DNA from: Trypanosoma brucei
Lineage: Eukaryota
Length of the DNA: 64,000 bases
Assembly: GCA_000002445.1 (NCBI GenBank)
Contig: CH464491.1
Location: forward strand, 2,464,001-2,528,000
Direction: 5' to 3'
The notes below the pieces were generated by a model that made no database searches, was not told the DNA's origin, and saw only the letters and a program-made list of their open reading frames with translations. The stretch's first letter is position 1; each line of letters opens with the position of its first letter. Position numbers and translations under genes: made by a program. Of this stretch, positions 9,661-20,590 are shown piece by piece.

Positions 9661-12594
9661 ATGGCCGTCGGACTCTCATCGTCCAAAGGTGTTTTGGCAC
9701 TACTACGAGAATCAGACTCGGATGTGCTGCAGTTTGCGTTGAAGCGCCTGCGACCCTTGGTGGACACGTATTGGTGTGAGATAAGTGATGACCTTCCTTT
9801 AATTGAGAGTCTGAGTGAATCGAGTGATTTGGCAGAAGAAACGCGGGCCCTCGCTGCTCTTATTGCTTCGCATGTTTACTTTCACCTTGGTGCGTATAAT
9901 GACTCTGTGCATTGCGCCCTCGCTGCCGGGCCCGCGTTCAGCTATGTCGAGCGCTCACTCTTCACTGACACCATTCTCAGTTGCTGCATTGACAAATTTG
10001 TGGAGTACCAACAGAAGCCAGAAGGCGCGCGTGAAGAACTCGACCCTCGCCTTGAGTCGCTTTTCACAGCCCTCACCAGCAAATGGATTGGCCAAGAAGG
10101 CATGCCAGTGAAGGAACTTGTTGGATTTACCATTCGTGCACGACGCCTGGACTTTCTTGAAAAGGTTCTGCGTCAGCACATCAAATCTACCAAGTCTGCG
10201 GCGATCTTGAATTTCACATTCGAGGTGGCGAGTGTTCTTCTACGTGATATCGCTTTCCGACGGGAAATTTTAAAACTTCTTTCCGTTTTGTACGCACAAG
10301 GTGGTTTAACCACCGTCGACTACTTTTCTCAGGCACAGTGTCTTCTCTTCCTGGGAGACTCGACCGGAACTGCTGACCTTATTGAGGACCTAATCCGGTC
10401 GGGTGATAAGGCAACTGCATACCAACTCGCCTTCGATTTGCACGAGTACGGCAATCAAGAGTTTCTTTCCGCTGTTGCGGGTCTCATAGAAAAGAGGGCA
10501 ACTCTTTCTATACCCGCGCCGTCACAAGTGCAGCGGGTGGAAACGGCTACCGAAGACAAGTCCGGCAGTGGGGCCGATCATTCGACTTCGTCACAGGCAG
10601 CTGCAGGCCAGACAACGCAGGAGGGCGACAAAAAGGACATATCTGAAGTGCATCAGAAGCTTCTTTCCGCTCTTACTGGTGAGTTAACAGCGTCACTTTA
10701 CCTCCAGTTCTTGTCCGGTCAATGCAAAGCGGATAGCAATGTTCTCAACCGTATCAAGCAGACTACCGACCAGCGCAAGGCCGTGCCCCATAATGCTCTC
10801 ACAATAGCCCATGCACTGATGTACTGCGGAACTACGATTCACACATTTTTGCGCAACGATATGGAATGGTTTGGTGGTGCCACTTACTGGGGTAAGTTCA
10901 TCGCTACAGCCTCTATCGGGGCACTCCACTACGGACATGTTAATGAGGCACTCAAAATAATGGATTCATATCTCCCTAAGGACAACATCGGGGTGCTCCC
11001 ACACTCGGAGGCGGGTTCGCTTTATGCTCTTGGACTCATTCATGCCCCCGTTGGCGTGGGCCGCAATCAGGAAATAATTCTTTACTTGAAGGAAATGCTT
11101 CGCAAGTTCAGCGCAAGTGAGCACATTATTCACGGCGCATCGCTGGGCATCGGCCTTGCAGCCATGGGGTTGAAGGACGAGAAGTTGCACGATTCCCTCT
11201 TCACCTGTGTGGGCGGATGTGATGCCGTGGCCAGTGAAGGAGCGGCGCTTGGTATCGGTTTGCTCATGATGGGAAGCGGCAACTTGGGCGCCATTGGAAA
11301 CCTCAGGGCCCTCGCTTCTGAGGATAACCAAAAAGAAAAAACTATCCGTGGCATATCCATGGCTATGGCGCTGATGATGTTGGGTCGTGAGGATGAGTGC
11401 TGGTCTACGGCGAACGAGCTCCTCGAAGACTCCGATCCATGGGTACGGTTGGGTGGTTGTTTCATGCTCGGCTTAGGTTACGCAGGGGCTGAAAACACAA
11501 AAGTGTTGGAACGCCTTCTTAGTGTAACGGTGAAGGACACCTCCGATGACGTCCGCCGAAACGCTGCTACGATGATCGGATTTCTCACAATAAAGGATCC
11601 CGCATTGTGCGTGGAGCTGACCCGCGTGCTTGTGGACAGCTATAACCCACACATAAGATATGGTGTAGGAATGGCGCTTGCCGTCGCCGCTGCGGGAACT
11701 GGAATGCCAGAAGTTATTGATATACTGTGGGGACTGAAAGATGACATTGTAGATTTTGTTCGTCAGGGAGCGTACATTGCCCTTGCTCTGGTTATGGTCC
11801 AAGTAACGGAAGTGGAGAATCCAAAGGTGAAGGAGCTACGCGATATTTTTACTAAAATAATCGCGGGCCGCAAGGAAGATATGTGCTCCAAGTTCGGTTG
11901 CATTATAGCCACAGGTCTCTTAGACGCAGGGGGGCGCAACTGCACCTTTGCTCTTCATCGGCAGCGGCATCGTCTCGATAAGGCTGTTGTGGGCATGTTT
12001 GTATTCCTGCAGCACTGGTACTGGTTCCCGTATCTCCTGATGATCACACTAGCCATGCGTCCAACCTGTTTCATTGGCCTTAACAGCGACCTTGAGGTGC
12101 CAGAGTATGTCTTCAAATCCAATGCACCCGCAAGTCGCTTCGCCCTCCCTAAGAGTGTTTTGGCTGAGAAGAAAGAAGCAAAGGCCGCTGCTGTCAAGGC
12201 GGTGATCCTGTCTACAACAAAGAAAGAAGAGGAGTTTGTACGCTTAAAGCGCTCGGCGGTGGCTGGAAAGAATCAAGGAACGGGAGGGACTGGTGGTGCC
12301 GCTAATGCCGCAGCATCGCAATCCGGCGCCACCAAGGAGCAGGAAACGGAAAAGAAGAGGGAGCCGGAAGCTAATTTCGTGATACTATCGAACCCGGCCC
12401 GTATAACCGCACGCCAGTTTGCTGTCATTACTCACGACGTTGACAAGCGGTTCGTACCACTGAAGGAAAATCCTTCGTCTATATGCCTTCTGCGGGACAC
12501 AAACCCTGCGGAAGGAAAACCCAAGGTCATAACGGACTTGGGATGGAACAGCAGTGATGACGCGCCACCGCCAGAACCGTTTACATGGCCCTAG
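9661..12594 (+). CDS. RPN2: 26S proteasome regulatory subunit RPN2 (PSMD1)
   Basis: 977-aa ORF. Repeated PC (proteasome/cyclosome) repeats: GASLGIGLAAMG, GAALGIGLLMMGSG, GGCFMLGLGYAG, RYGVGMALAVAAAGTG. C-terminal K/E-rich tail. Length and architecture fit Rpn2. Confidence 0.9.
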   Translation: MAVGLSSSKGVLALLRESDSDVLQFALKRLRPLVDTYWCEISDDLPLIESLSESSDLAEETRALAALIASHVYFHLGAYNDSVHCALAAGPAFSYVERSLFTDTILSCCIDKFVEYQQKPEGAREELDPRLESLFTALTSKWIGQEGMPVKELVGFTIRARRLDFLEKVLRQHIKSTKSAAILNFTFEVASVLLRDIAFRREILKLLSVLYAQGGLTTVDYFSQAQCLLFLGDSTGTADLIEDLIRSGDKATAYQLAFDLHEYGNQEFLSAVAGLIEKRATLSIPAPSQVQRVETATEDKSGSGADHSTSSQAAAGQTTQEGDKKDISEVHQKLLSALTGELTASLYLQFLSGQCKADSNVLNRIKQTTDQRKAVPHNALTIAHALMYCGTTIHTFLRNDMEWFGGATYWGKFIATASIGALHYGHVNEALKIMDSYLPKDNIGVLPHSEAGSLYALGLIHAPVGVGRNQEIILYLKEMLRKFSASEHIIHGASLGIGLAAMGLKDEKLHDSLFTCVGGCDAVASEGAALGIGLLMMGSGNLGAIGNLRALASEDNQKEKTIRGISMAMALMMLGREDECWSTANELLEDSDPWVRLGGCFMLGLGYAGAENTKVLERLLSVTVKDTSDDVRRNAATMIGFLTIKDPALCVELTRVLVDSYNPHIRYGVGMALAVAAAGTGMPEVIDILWGLKDDIVDFVRQGAYIALALVMVQVTEVENPKVKELRDIFTKIIAGRKEDMCSKFGCIIATGLLDAGGRNCTFALHRQRHRLDKAVVGMFVFLQHWYWFPYLLMITLAMRPTCFIGLNSDLEVPEYVFKSNAPASRFALPKSVLAEKKEAKAAAVKAVILSTTKKEEEFVRLKRSAVAGKNQGTGGTGGAANAAASQSGATKEQETEKKREPEANFVILSNPARITARQFAVITHDVDKRFVPLKENPSSICLLRDTNPAEGKPKVITDLGWNSSDDAPPPEPFTWP

Positions 12595-13245
12595 CTTCAG
12601 TGGCATACCTTGTTAGGCTGAGGGATGGTAAGATTAAGGGGAAAGGGTGAAGAAGTATATATGTATGATTAGGCGCAGGGACGGTAAGGGTGTTATCGGC
12701 TCTCTCAGTCTTCCGTAGTTCTCTCCACTTTAATTATTGTTTTCAATGAAGTCAAAGACTCTTCTGTGCTTGTTTGTCTTTGTATTGGTGAGGGCGTGTA
12801 CGATTTGCGAGCAAACGAGTAGTTGACAAAGACCCTACCAGATTTGTGCGCTGCCCTCTGTCACGGAAGTTTTTTGAGCTACAGGTAGTGCGACAGAAGA
12901 GAGGAAAAAGAATAGAAGAAGGATGACATGAGAAACAAAGTGAACGAGGAAGGAACACGTTTGTTTGCTTCAAGAAGTTTCGCGAAATCAGCAGAAGTTT
13001 AGAGAACCTCCCATATTTTTTTGTTATTCGCCATCCGAGCCCGGTGACAGAGGGGCTACGTGAGGGGCAAAAGCGACGCCGTCTTGCCAAATCTGGTACT
13101 CTCTTTGTCAACCTGTCTGCACACTGCCCTCAGGTTGTTGATTCGTGGATATTGTCAAGCTTTCTCGTTACTGTTTTGCTCTATGTTTCTTTGTTGGTCG
13201 CCGAAGGAATTGTAGTGCAGTGAGGAAGACGAGCTGTTTTGTAGT

Positions 13246-14307
13246 ATGCTTCTGCAATTCAACTGGGACCGTCTTGACGTGACGGCCGCAGAGGCGATAT
13301 GCGCCCTTCTTAATGCAAAGCTTGAGGAGGAGCTTCTGCTGCGGCGCGCTGCGAACCAATCTGTCAATGCAAGCGGAGGTCAAGAGACTGCGAGTGCTGA
13401 CGCCGCTTGTGGCGTCGAATCACTACGAGTTACAAACATCGAGTGGGGAAATGTTCCTCCCTTCATTGAAGTAGTTGAGTTGGACGACGCTGTGGAGTTT
13501 GCCAGTAGCACCCCTCTATCTTTTGAGGCCCCACTAGGGCAACAGGACTTTGGGGGAACCATCTCAAGCGGTACATGCGGCGGTGGAGCCACGACACCTT
13601 TCTTTCTTCGTCCCTCACCTGCATCATCTGTCACTATGATGGATGGGATTAGCGAAACGGACTCAGGCATTGTGGGCAACCATGGTGGGATGCCGACTCC
13701 GTCAGTGCCGCCGGCGTCCGGGATACGCCCGGGAAACGGCCAGTCTCCGATCAATAGCTCAAGCGCACCGGTGAAGGACGCCTTCGCCGCGTATTTTGGT
13801 CCAAAGGGGTTGTACGTTTGTTTACATGTAACATACGGTGGACCCATGCGGGTTTCCGTGGCCTCCGTGCTGCGACACGATGTTCCACTGGGGCCCATCG
13901 CCATCCCCGTGCGGATGCCACTGCAGTTACACTTTTCGAAAATGGATATGGACTTCCACTTGTGCATTAACTTACATCGCAACACGTGCCGCGTATGGAT
14001 GGAACCGGGAAAGCTATTCACATCACCACTTAATAGAATGAATGTCATGGCGGTGTTCGGGGAGCGGCGACCGAGTTCTCAGCACATGGCAGAATTTCCC
14101 ACCAGCGGTCAGAACGCCGGTGACGACTTAGATACATCGGATGCATGGACGCATGTAGGGAGCAGCCGCATAGGCTCGGATGATGCAGAAGACATGGTGT
14201 TCATAGATGAGAGCATCATATCTCAGTTCGTTTTGAAGGAAGTACGGGCGATTCTGCAAGAGAAGATAATATACCCCCACTCTGTTGTGGTGCCACTGTC
14301 CCTTTAG
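13246..14307 (+). CDS. Hypothetical protein (353 aa), Ser/Gly/Pro-rich middle
   Basis: Uninterrupted ORF in the same orientation as its neighbours, with a pyrimidine tract upstream and coding-like composition. No recognisable domain. Confidence 0.5.
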   Translation: MLLQFNWDRLDVTAAEAICALLNAKLEEELLLRRAANQSVNASGGQETASADAACGVESLRVTNIEWGNVPPFIEVVELDDAVEFASSTPLSFEAPLGQQDFGGTISSGTCGGGATTPFFLRPSPASSVTMMDGISETDSGIVGNHGGMPTPSVPPASGIRPGNGQSPINSSSAPVKDAFAAYFGPKGLYVCLHVTYGGPMRVSVASVLRHDVPLGPIAIPVRMPLQLHFSKMDMDFHLCINLHRNTCRVWMEPGKLFTSPLNRMNVMAVFGERRPSSQHMAEFPTSGQNAGDDLDTSDAWTHVGSSRIGSDDAEDMVFIDESIISQFVLKEVRAILQEKIIYPHSVVVPLSL

Positions 14308-14654
14308 CTCCTTAACGCACTTAGCGTCTGCCTGCGAGTCAACTCCGTCGGTGGGTGTTGTAAAGTACGCATCGGCTAAAAAAAGAAAGCCGGCAACGGT
14401 TAAGTATAAAAAACAGAAGGTGGACCGGATTCACAGAGCGCTAACCCAAGAGTCATTATCGCTACAAAGCAGAGGAAGCGGGTGAATTGCGGTTAGGGAA
14501 GTAAAGAGGAACAGTACTATTTTTATTCTTTCTGCAAGGTGTGGGTAGAATATTATCTGAACTGTCCAGTTCAGTTCGTGTGTCTTCGAATTCGCTGTGG
14601 CTTTGGGCGGTGCGTTTGGCCGTCGTACTCTCCTCCTCCTCTTACATAGCGGGC

Positions 14655-14705
14655 ACCAGTAATTTTTTTTTTGCTTCTTCTTTGTTTTGCTACTTTATGC
14701 AATAG
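14655..14705 (+). promoter_or_regulatory. Polypyrimidine tract plus AG: probable spliced-leader acceptor and polyadenylation determinant for the downstream large gene
   Basis: gcaccagtaatttttttttttgcttcttctttgttttgctactttatgcaatag. Tracts of this kind are the established signals for trans-splicing and coupled polyadenylation in kinetoplastids. Confidence 0.5.
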
Positions 14706-17700
14706 TAGTAATAAGGAAGGGGGTGCTAAAGTTGAAAAGTTTCTTAATCGTGATTCAACAACCAAGCGGAAGCAGAAACACCGCTCAGAGTTGCGAACAA
14801 ACGTGTGCATTCCTAGTGACGAAAGAAAACAAAAGGTTTACATTGGAGAGGCAGCATTGCATATACTTAGAGCAAGAACTCATGCTAGAGTTTAGGCCCC
14901 AGCATACACCGGATTCAGCGGCTCACAAAATCAACCAGGTAGCATGTGCAACTCCAGACTCGGTGCCTACGAGCGTCTCCTGGCGCAAGGAAGAGGAGAC
15001 ATCCGGAGAGGTGACTAGGGCAACAATGATTTCATCAGATGCGCGAGAGGTGTCGCACATTGCGCGCATGGCGTCAGAACGGGGGCGAGTCGACATTTCT
15101 CAGGCACGCAATAGTTCACCTAGAGGAACAGCTACCGCGGTTAACGCCGTTGAGGTTGAACTTCAGCGGCGGCTTGATGTAGTGAAGGCGGCTGTTGAAA
15201 AGGCTGACAAGGTGGTCGACGTTGCACGCGGAAGATGTGCAGAGGTGATATCCCGAGAGGAACGTCGACGCGCCATGGTTAAGCTGGAAATTTCGAAGTT
15301 GATTCTTTTCGTTGGACGGAACTACAACATACTTGACGAGTTAGAGCTTACATTGGGTAGTGTGCTCGAAGTATCCGAACTTCCTGTTTACCACAGCGAC
15401 AAATATTCTGAAGTTCCCTTTTCCGCGCGGGAGATACCTCCATATTTGTCTCTGGAAGATCTGGAGCGGGCTAACAGAGAAATGATGGCCCGGTTGATGA
15501 AAGAGCGAACCAAGCGGGCAAACGATCCGCCTCATGCCTCGTTGCTGGGGAAACGGGTCAACTCTAATTTGGATGAAGTGATGTGGCTCATAGACTCCCT
15601 TGAGGAACCTCCCTGTTCTGAAGAGCAGTTCGGGGAAACTGTCGGGACAGGTGAAGAAGAAGAATGTGAGAAGTCACCTGTGGCTGTGTCACAGCGAAGG
15701 AGTCAGGCTATAACTTCTACCAGTGCTGCGAGAGAGACTAGGACGAGCGGAGTACGCGGGGCATCCTCGTCAGGGAACGCAACTCTTTGCTCGTCACGCG
15801 TGGAGATGGACAGCAGCATTGTTAACTTCTCCTTAAGTAGTGAGTCGTTTCCCATTGCCACGGGGGAAACCAGGGATCTGAAGCTGCTGAAATTCATGTA
15901 TGATGCTGCTAAGGCTACTGTGGAGGAAGCTGCGGCGGCGGAAGCGTTTGGTGCGTTCAGTGGCGCGCAACTCGGAACGACCTTTCGAAGCACGTCCAAT
16001 AGGTTGCAGCCCGCGAGAGACTCTTTCTGCACGCAACAATTATCCGGTGCGCTGTCGGGCACGATTGGTCTTAACTCACCCAGTAAGATTGACAGCGGGT
16101 GCAAAGAGCTGTCGTTTACTTCTAGTCGGCCGCCATCGGGGATGTTTGAAGACCGGGAATCATTTAGTTTGGAGCAGCATATTTCAGATAGGGCGCTACC
16201 GACGGCGGCAGCACCGTGGCGAGGTTCACATAATCCAAGTACAGTCGTTATAGATCATCTTGATCCCGAAGTGTTCACCGTTCTGGGGGAGCTGTACAAA
16301 GCCTATGACTACAGGCAATTTTTCCGCGATATCCAAAACAAGCACCTAATGAGGGGTAAGACGGATGACGAGTACGAGGCGGAAATAGAAAATCTGCTTA
16401 CACAGCACATGGATGACAAGCGCAAACGAGCTGCTAACAGTGTTAAGGACGAGTTGATCATCAAAAAATGGGGAGGGGTGGCCAGCGAAGCATCTCGGGC
16501 ACCGACACCAAGACAAGAGGTTGAGTTTGTTTTACCAGCTCGTCGGGAGGAAGAGGAGGAAACAGAGGAAGCAGAGAAAAAGTCCTGGTTGCAGTCAGTG
16601 GTAGAAAGTATGTCGCCACTTTCCTCCGCGCCGACCCCAGTGGAGGAAGTGCCGTCCCCATCTTTTCTCTCACAAATCCCTGTCGATGCGTTGGTGTTTG
16701 CGAGAGACATGAACAACGGTGTTGTTTTCTTCATTAGAGGTCGAAACGAGGAAGCTTCGAACGATGAAAAGACTCTGGAAGGTAAACGAAAGGGGAAGAA
16801 AGGTAAGGCGAAAAAGGATGGTGATCAAGAGGATCGCAATGCAGCAGGAGGTCCTCCAGTATATGACAGTTACACCCTGTATGTGACCAATCAGTCAGAT
16901 ACGAATCTGACGGTGGTGGTGGACATTGAGAAGACTAAGGCCCGCAAATTGAGAATGAGTGCACACGTGAATTATGCAATCCCGCAGGAGTGCATCGTTA
17001 TAGCTCCACCACCCGGGAGTCTCAAATCACTACTTACATTCTGTCCCAAAAAAAGGCAACAAATTGATTTTGGTGAAATACTTAGCTTTCGTGAGGGGAC
17101 GGCCAGGGGTGAGGTAGGCGGTACAGTAGGCGAGGAAGAAAAGCTTCAACTAAAAGCTTCATCTGGTGTATCCGCTCGAACTAAGGTTTCGGGTACTACC
17201 AAGGACTCCACAGTGAAAGAAGCTGGCGAGCCGGTAGCCGCCACCGAAGTTAGTAGCGAACGAGAGACCGCCGGCACCAGAGCTGAAGTCAGCGATGCGG
17301 CACCCACTACTCAGCCTTCAGTGACTGCCACCACAAAGGAGGAGGTGTCCCATAAGGAAGCGGACGCAGGTGAAGTGGTGAAGATCCTCGATGAGGAAGC
17401 TGACAGCTATGTAGCAGTTGGAGGTGGTAGGCGTACTAAAAAGAGGGCCGGTTGTGCGGCGATCTTATCAAAGTACCCTTCTACACGGGGTGCGGAGTGG
17501 GAGGCCAATGCACCTGAGAGCACCACCGCTGAGAGCGCTGGCTTTACTGAAGAAGGAGAGGCTTCGATACCCCCTGGTCCACCGCGTGGAGAAAGGGAAC
17601 CGAAGGGTGAAGAGGCCTCATCGCGTTCAAGAGCACGAGCGCGCGAAGCGAGTGGAGCAGCGAATAGGGCCTCTTTCCAGCAAGCAGTTGGTCGTACCCG

Positions 17701-20590
17701 TGAAACAGTTGAAAAGGTTTGGCCCACAGGCACTGCGCCTGTTGATCACTGGGGTGTGCCCCTCTCTAACGAAGAGGATGAGGCATTTGAAAAGAATTGC
17801 GTTGCGTTGACCATACTGCAGGGTGGCATGTGGTCAGAAGTGGACCCTTCGCATGGGATGGTTGGTGAAGAACCATTTGGTGGGTCGGGTGAAATTCCGA
17901 AGGAAGAAGCTGACAAACTCCTTGATACAAGTAATGCGGATGAAGAGGAACTGGTTAGCAAAATTCTTAACGCTCCCACCTCTGGTGACATGCACACACT
18001 GTCTGGTGGGCAACTGACTGAAATGGATAGCGCCGAGGGGATGGCAGCGGCCTTTCTCGGGCGCATCGCAGCCGAAGAGCATTTGGATGCGAGTAATTTT
18101 GAGCGCGGAGGAGTTTCGCCCCGTCGGTTGCCCTCTGACAGTTCGGGGGTGCCACAAACGACTTCGCACGCTGAGCAAGTCGGCGACGAGGCTGCTGTTT
18201 CTTTAGCTAGAAAAGGCAAACGTGTGAAGAATGCTACTTCCTCTGCTGATGGCGAACATACACCCAGATCGCCTACCAGGGCGCGAAGAGGAAGTGGAGA
18301 GAGAGAAGGTGTATCCCGTTCTAGCGCTGTAGGGTCACAAAGACTCAGTCCTGGTGCTAAAGGGGGAAAGGGTCGAAAGGAAGGGGTTGAAGGCAGCGCA
18401 GCTCAAGGTGGTGAAAGTTCTATTTCAACCAATGAGACCTCTGAAGCCAGGACGGGCGTTGGTTCCGGGAGAAGAGCTGATGGCAAGGTGGGAGCTGATG
18501 CCGGAAGAAGAGCTGATGGCAAGGCAAGGGCTGATGCCGGAAGAGGAGCTGATGGCAAGGCAAGGGCTGATGCCGGAAGAGGAGCTGATGGCAAGGCAAG
18601 AGCTGATGCCGGAGGAAGAGCTGATGCCAAGGCGGGTGCTGGTGCCGGAGGAAGAGCTGATGCCAAGGCGGGTGCTGGTGCCAGGGCGAGGACAAGTTCT
18701 GATGCTCGCGCAAGCGCTGATACCGGGGAAACCTCTGATACTGAGGCAAGCATTGGTGCCGGTACCTCTTCAAGAGAGGTTGAACACGGTGGAGTGAGGA
18801 AGAGCAAACTTCGGAGCTTGTCGAAGACGTCAGTCTACGGGAGTGCGAAAATGAAGAGGTACAGCCTAAGGACTCCACCCACCAGCGGCCGTTTCCAAGC
18901 AAGTTCAGGCACAGTGACAGATGGTGAACAACACGGTGATACCACTGCAACCGAAAGTTGTAGAGGAAGCGACAGCACTTCCCACACCCCACGCGGCCAA
19001 CCGTCCCATAGGGGGGTCCTCAGCGCCACGAGAAGCTCCTTTATTGCATCAGTCGATGATAAGTCATCGTGGAGGTCGTCAGTAACGCCTCGTGCCGATA
19101 GTAAGAGCGTTTCAGCATCAGCGCTGAAACATCTATTGGACCAGGTTAGGGTGAGTGAAAAGAAGGACGCAGAGGCACCAACGGGCTTCATTATGGAAAA
19201 GGGGGTTACAGAATATAGTTCACTGTTGCGCAAAGGTGTGCAGGGCGTACAACGCCACCTCTTTCCGGATCGTCAAAAAGTATGCACCAAGTCAAACACC
19301 CACGGCCGTGTGGCTGTGTACGTTCCCGACGACATGGTTGCAGGCACGCTAGTATCGACCGCTGCCAGGGACAATTACTATGGGAAGATGTCGAGACTGT
19401 CCGGCGCATTAACCTCCAATGGTCAAGCCGAAAACATTGTAGAATCACTTCGTGATGATCTTCACGACGTGGCGAAGACGTGCTTCGTCCGCAACAGGAG
19501 GGGGAACCAGAGAGCAGTATTCGGACAGCAAGGAGGTACTGGAGTCTCTGGAGGTAGCAAACGTGCCTCCAGTTATGCGGATAAGGCAGGTATCACATCC
19601 CTCCCCTTACTTTGTGCTCCTGATGTTGTGGAAGAGGTAAGAGACCTCAAAGTTGCGGGGGAAGAGGCACGGGACCTCTTCATTCGAGACCCCACTCGCT
19701 ACGACTGTGTCATCGACGACATCGTTCAACGTGCCATTCAGAGGGTGAACGGGGACGATACCAACTTCACGGCTCTAACAGGAGGCAGAAACGAATTCAG
19801 CATCAAAGGAACTGGGTTAGGGGGGGCACGTGAGACATTTGTATCCTCCAACTCCACCACTGGCGGTTCCCTCTCGGGTCACGGTGTCGGTGCAGTGCGA
19901 GGTTTCAGAGATAACAGAGGGAGGGATGTTGCGCACTCAAACGGCTTGGGTGCTTCTCCCCGTGGGGGCCCGAAACGTGGCGGCGGGTTGGAAGCTCAGT
20001 TGGCAGGAAGTTTCCAGCGGCTCCTCGACGAGCAAAACCGAGCGAAAAGGATTATCGCGTACGTGCTTATGGAAATGAGGCGCATGTGGAGGTTGAGGAG
20101 GCTGGAGGGTGACATCGCCCTCCGCGCGGCTGTGGATCGCTTTGTGTTCCGCTCACTTTCCTTCACCTGGCGCATCGAGCGCCGCCGAGTCCTCAACCTC
20201 AACAAACTAATCAATCTGCTGGACCGTCGCACAGGTCGCGTGAAGGGCTGGGTGCCGTTCTATACCAAAGACAATGTTTTAGTTGACCATTACCTTTGGG
20301 AACCCGTGCCACCGGAGCTCTCACACCAGATGAAGGTTGTCCATCATGCCATGTGTTTAGCACGGCGGCAGGAACTGCTTCCTCTGCGAACGGTGCGACA
20401 TCTTTCTACGTCGGATCAAAGCTCGCACCATCTGATGTTCGGTTACTCAAGGAGGTTGCTAGACCCCTTTAGAAACACAGCAGTGCAACTGAGGAATGAG
20501 AGGCGTGCACGTCATGCTGCATACTTCCAAAGGTCTTTGAGGCGCTTTTCTCCACAAACTGAATATCTGGTGGGGACGCCAAAGAACTAA
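14687..20590 (+). CDS. Large hypothetical protein (about 1900 aa) with an internal 12-aa tandem repeat array; first ATG of the ORF is probably not the true start
   Basis: A 5.9-kb ORF. Its first 60 codons overlap the upstream polypyrimidine tract (14660-14700), so the start is more likely the ATG at 14882 (MLEFRPQH) or later. Repeat array RADGKARADAGR at 18466-18715. The C-terminus is basic and helical. Confidence 0.6.
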   Translation: MLLYAIVVIRKGVLKLKSFLIVIQQPSGSRNTAQSCEQTCAFLVTKENKRFTLERQHCIYLEQELMLEFRPQHTPDSAAHKINQVACATPDSVPTSVSWRKEEETSGEVTRATMISSDAREVSHIARMASERGRVDISQARNSSPRGTATAVNAVEVELQRRLDVVKAAVEKADKVVDVARGRCAEVISREERRRAMVKLEISKLILFVGRNYNILDELELTLGSVLEVSELPVYHSDKYSEVPFSAREIPPYLSLEDLERANREMMARLMKERTKRANDPPHASLLGKRVNSNLDEVMWLIDSLEEPPCSEEQFGETVGTGEEEECEKSPVAVSQRRSQAITSTSAARETRTSGVRGASSSGNATLCSSRVEMDSSIVNFSLSSESFPIATGETRDLKLLKFMYDAAKATVEEAAAAEAFGAFSGAQLGTTFRSTSNRLQPARDSFCTQQLSGALSGTIGLNSPSKIDSGCKELSFTSSRPPSGMFEDRESFSLEQHISDRALPTAAAPWRGSHNPSTVVIDHLDPEVFTVLGELYKAYDYRQFFRDIQNKHLMRGKTDDEYEAEIENLLTQHMDDKRKRAANSVKDELIIKKWGGVASEASRAPTPRQEVEFVLPARREEEEETEEAEKKSWLQSVVESMSPLSSAPTPVEEVPSPSFLSQIPVDALVFARDMNNGVVFFIRGRNEEASNDEKTLEGKRKGKKGKAKKDGDQEDRNAAGGPPVYDSYTLYVTNQSDTNLTVVVDIEKTKARKLRMSAHVNYAIPQECIVIAPPPGSLKSLLTFCPKKRQQIDFGEILSFREGTARGEVGGTVGEEEKLQLKASSGVSARTKVSGTTKDSTVKEAGEPVAATEVSSERETAGTRAEVSDAAPTTQPSVTATTKEEVSHKEADAGEVVKILDEEADSYVAVGGGRRTKKRAGCAAILSKYPSTRGAEWEANAPESTTAESAGFTEEGEASIPPGPPRGEREPKGEEASSRSRARAREASGAANRASFQQAVGRTRETVEKVWPTGTAPVDHWGVPLSNEEDEAFEKNCVALTILQGGMWSEVDPSHGMVGEEPFGGSGEIPKEEADKLLDTSNADEEELVSKILNAPTSGDMHTLSGGQLTEMDSAEGMAAAFLGRIAAEEHLDASNFERGGVSPRRLPSDSSGVPQTTSHAEQVGDEAAVSLARKGKRVKNATSSADGEHTPRSPTRARRGSGEREGVSRSSAVGSQRLSPGAKGGKGRKEGVEGSAAQGGESSISTNETSEARTGVGSGRRADGKVGADAGRRADGKARADAGRGADGKARADAGRGADGKARADAGGRADAKAGAGAGGRADAKAGAGARARTSSDARASADTGETSDTEASIGAGTSSREVEHGGVRKSKLRSLSKTSVYGSAKMKRYSLRTPPTSGRFQASSGTVTDGEQHGDTTATESCRGSDSTSHTPRGQPSHRGVLSATRSSFIASVDDKSSWRSSVTPRADSKSVSASALKHLLDQVRVSEKKDAEAPTGFIMEKGVTEYSSLLRKGVQGVQRHLFPDRQKVCTKSNTHGRVAVYVPDDMVAGTLVSTAARDNYYGKMSRLSGALTSNGQAENIVESLRDDLHDVAKTCFVRNRRGNQRAVFGQQGGTGVSGGSKRASSYADKAGITSLPLLCAPDVVEEVRDLKVAGEEARDLFIRDPTRYDCVIDDIVQRAIQRVNGDDTNFTALTGGRNEFSIKGTGLGGARETFVSSNSTTGGSLSGHGVGAVRGFRDNRGRDVAHSNGLGASPRGGPKRGGGLEAQLAGSFQRLLDEQNRAKRIIAYVLMEMRRMWRLRRLEGDIALRAAVDRFVFRSLSFTWRIERRRVLNLNKLINLLDRRTGRVKGWVPFYTKDNVLVDHYLWEPVPPELSHQMKVVHHAMCLARRQELLPLRTVRHLSTSDQSSHHLMFGYSRRLLDPFRNTAVQLRNERRARHAAYFQRSLRRFSPQTEYLVGTPKN
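18466..18715 (+). repeat. Coding tandem repeat: about 5 copies of a 36-nt unit (RADGKARADAGR), then 2 copies of a 39-nt variant
   Basis: Unit agagctgatggcaaggcaagggctgatgccggaaga repeated head-to-tail, in frame, within the 14687-20590 ORF. Confidence 0.85.

Noticed and set aside
18354-18807. Overlapping + and - ORFs (18354-18797 +, 18403-18807 -) with repetitive peptides (EELMARQGLMP; ALASALPPA)
   Set aside because: These are alternative-frame and antisense readings of the same 36-nt tandem array within the large + strand gene, not independent genes.
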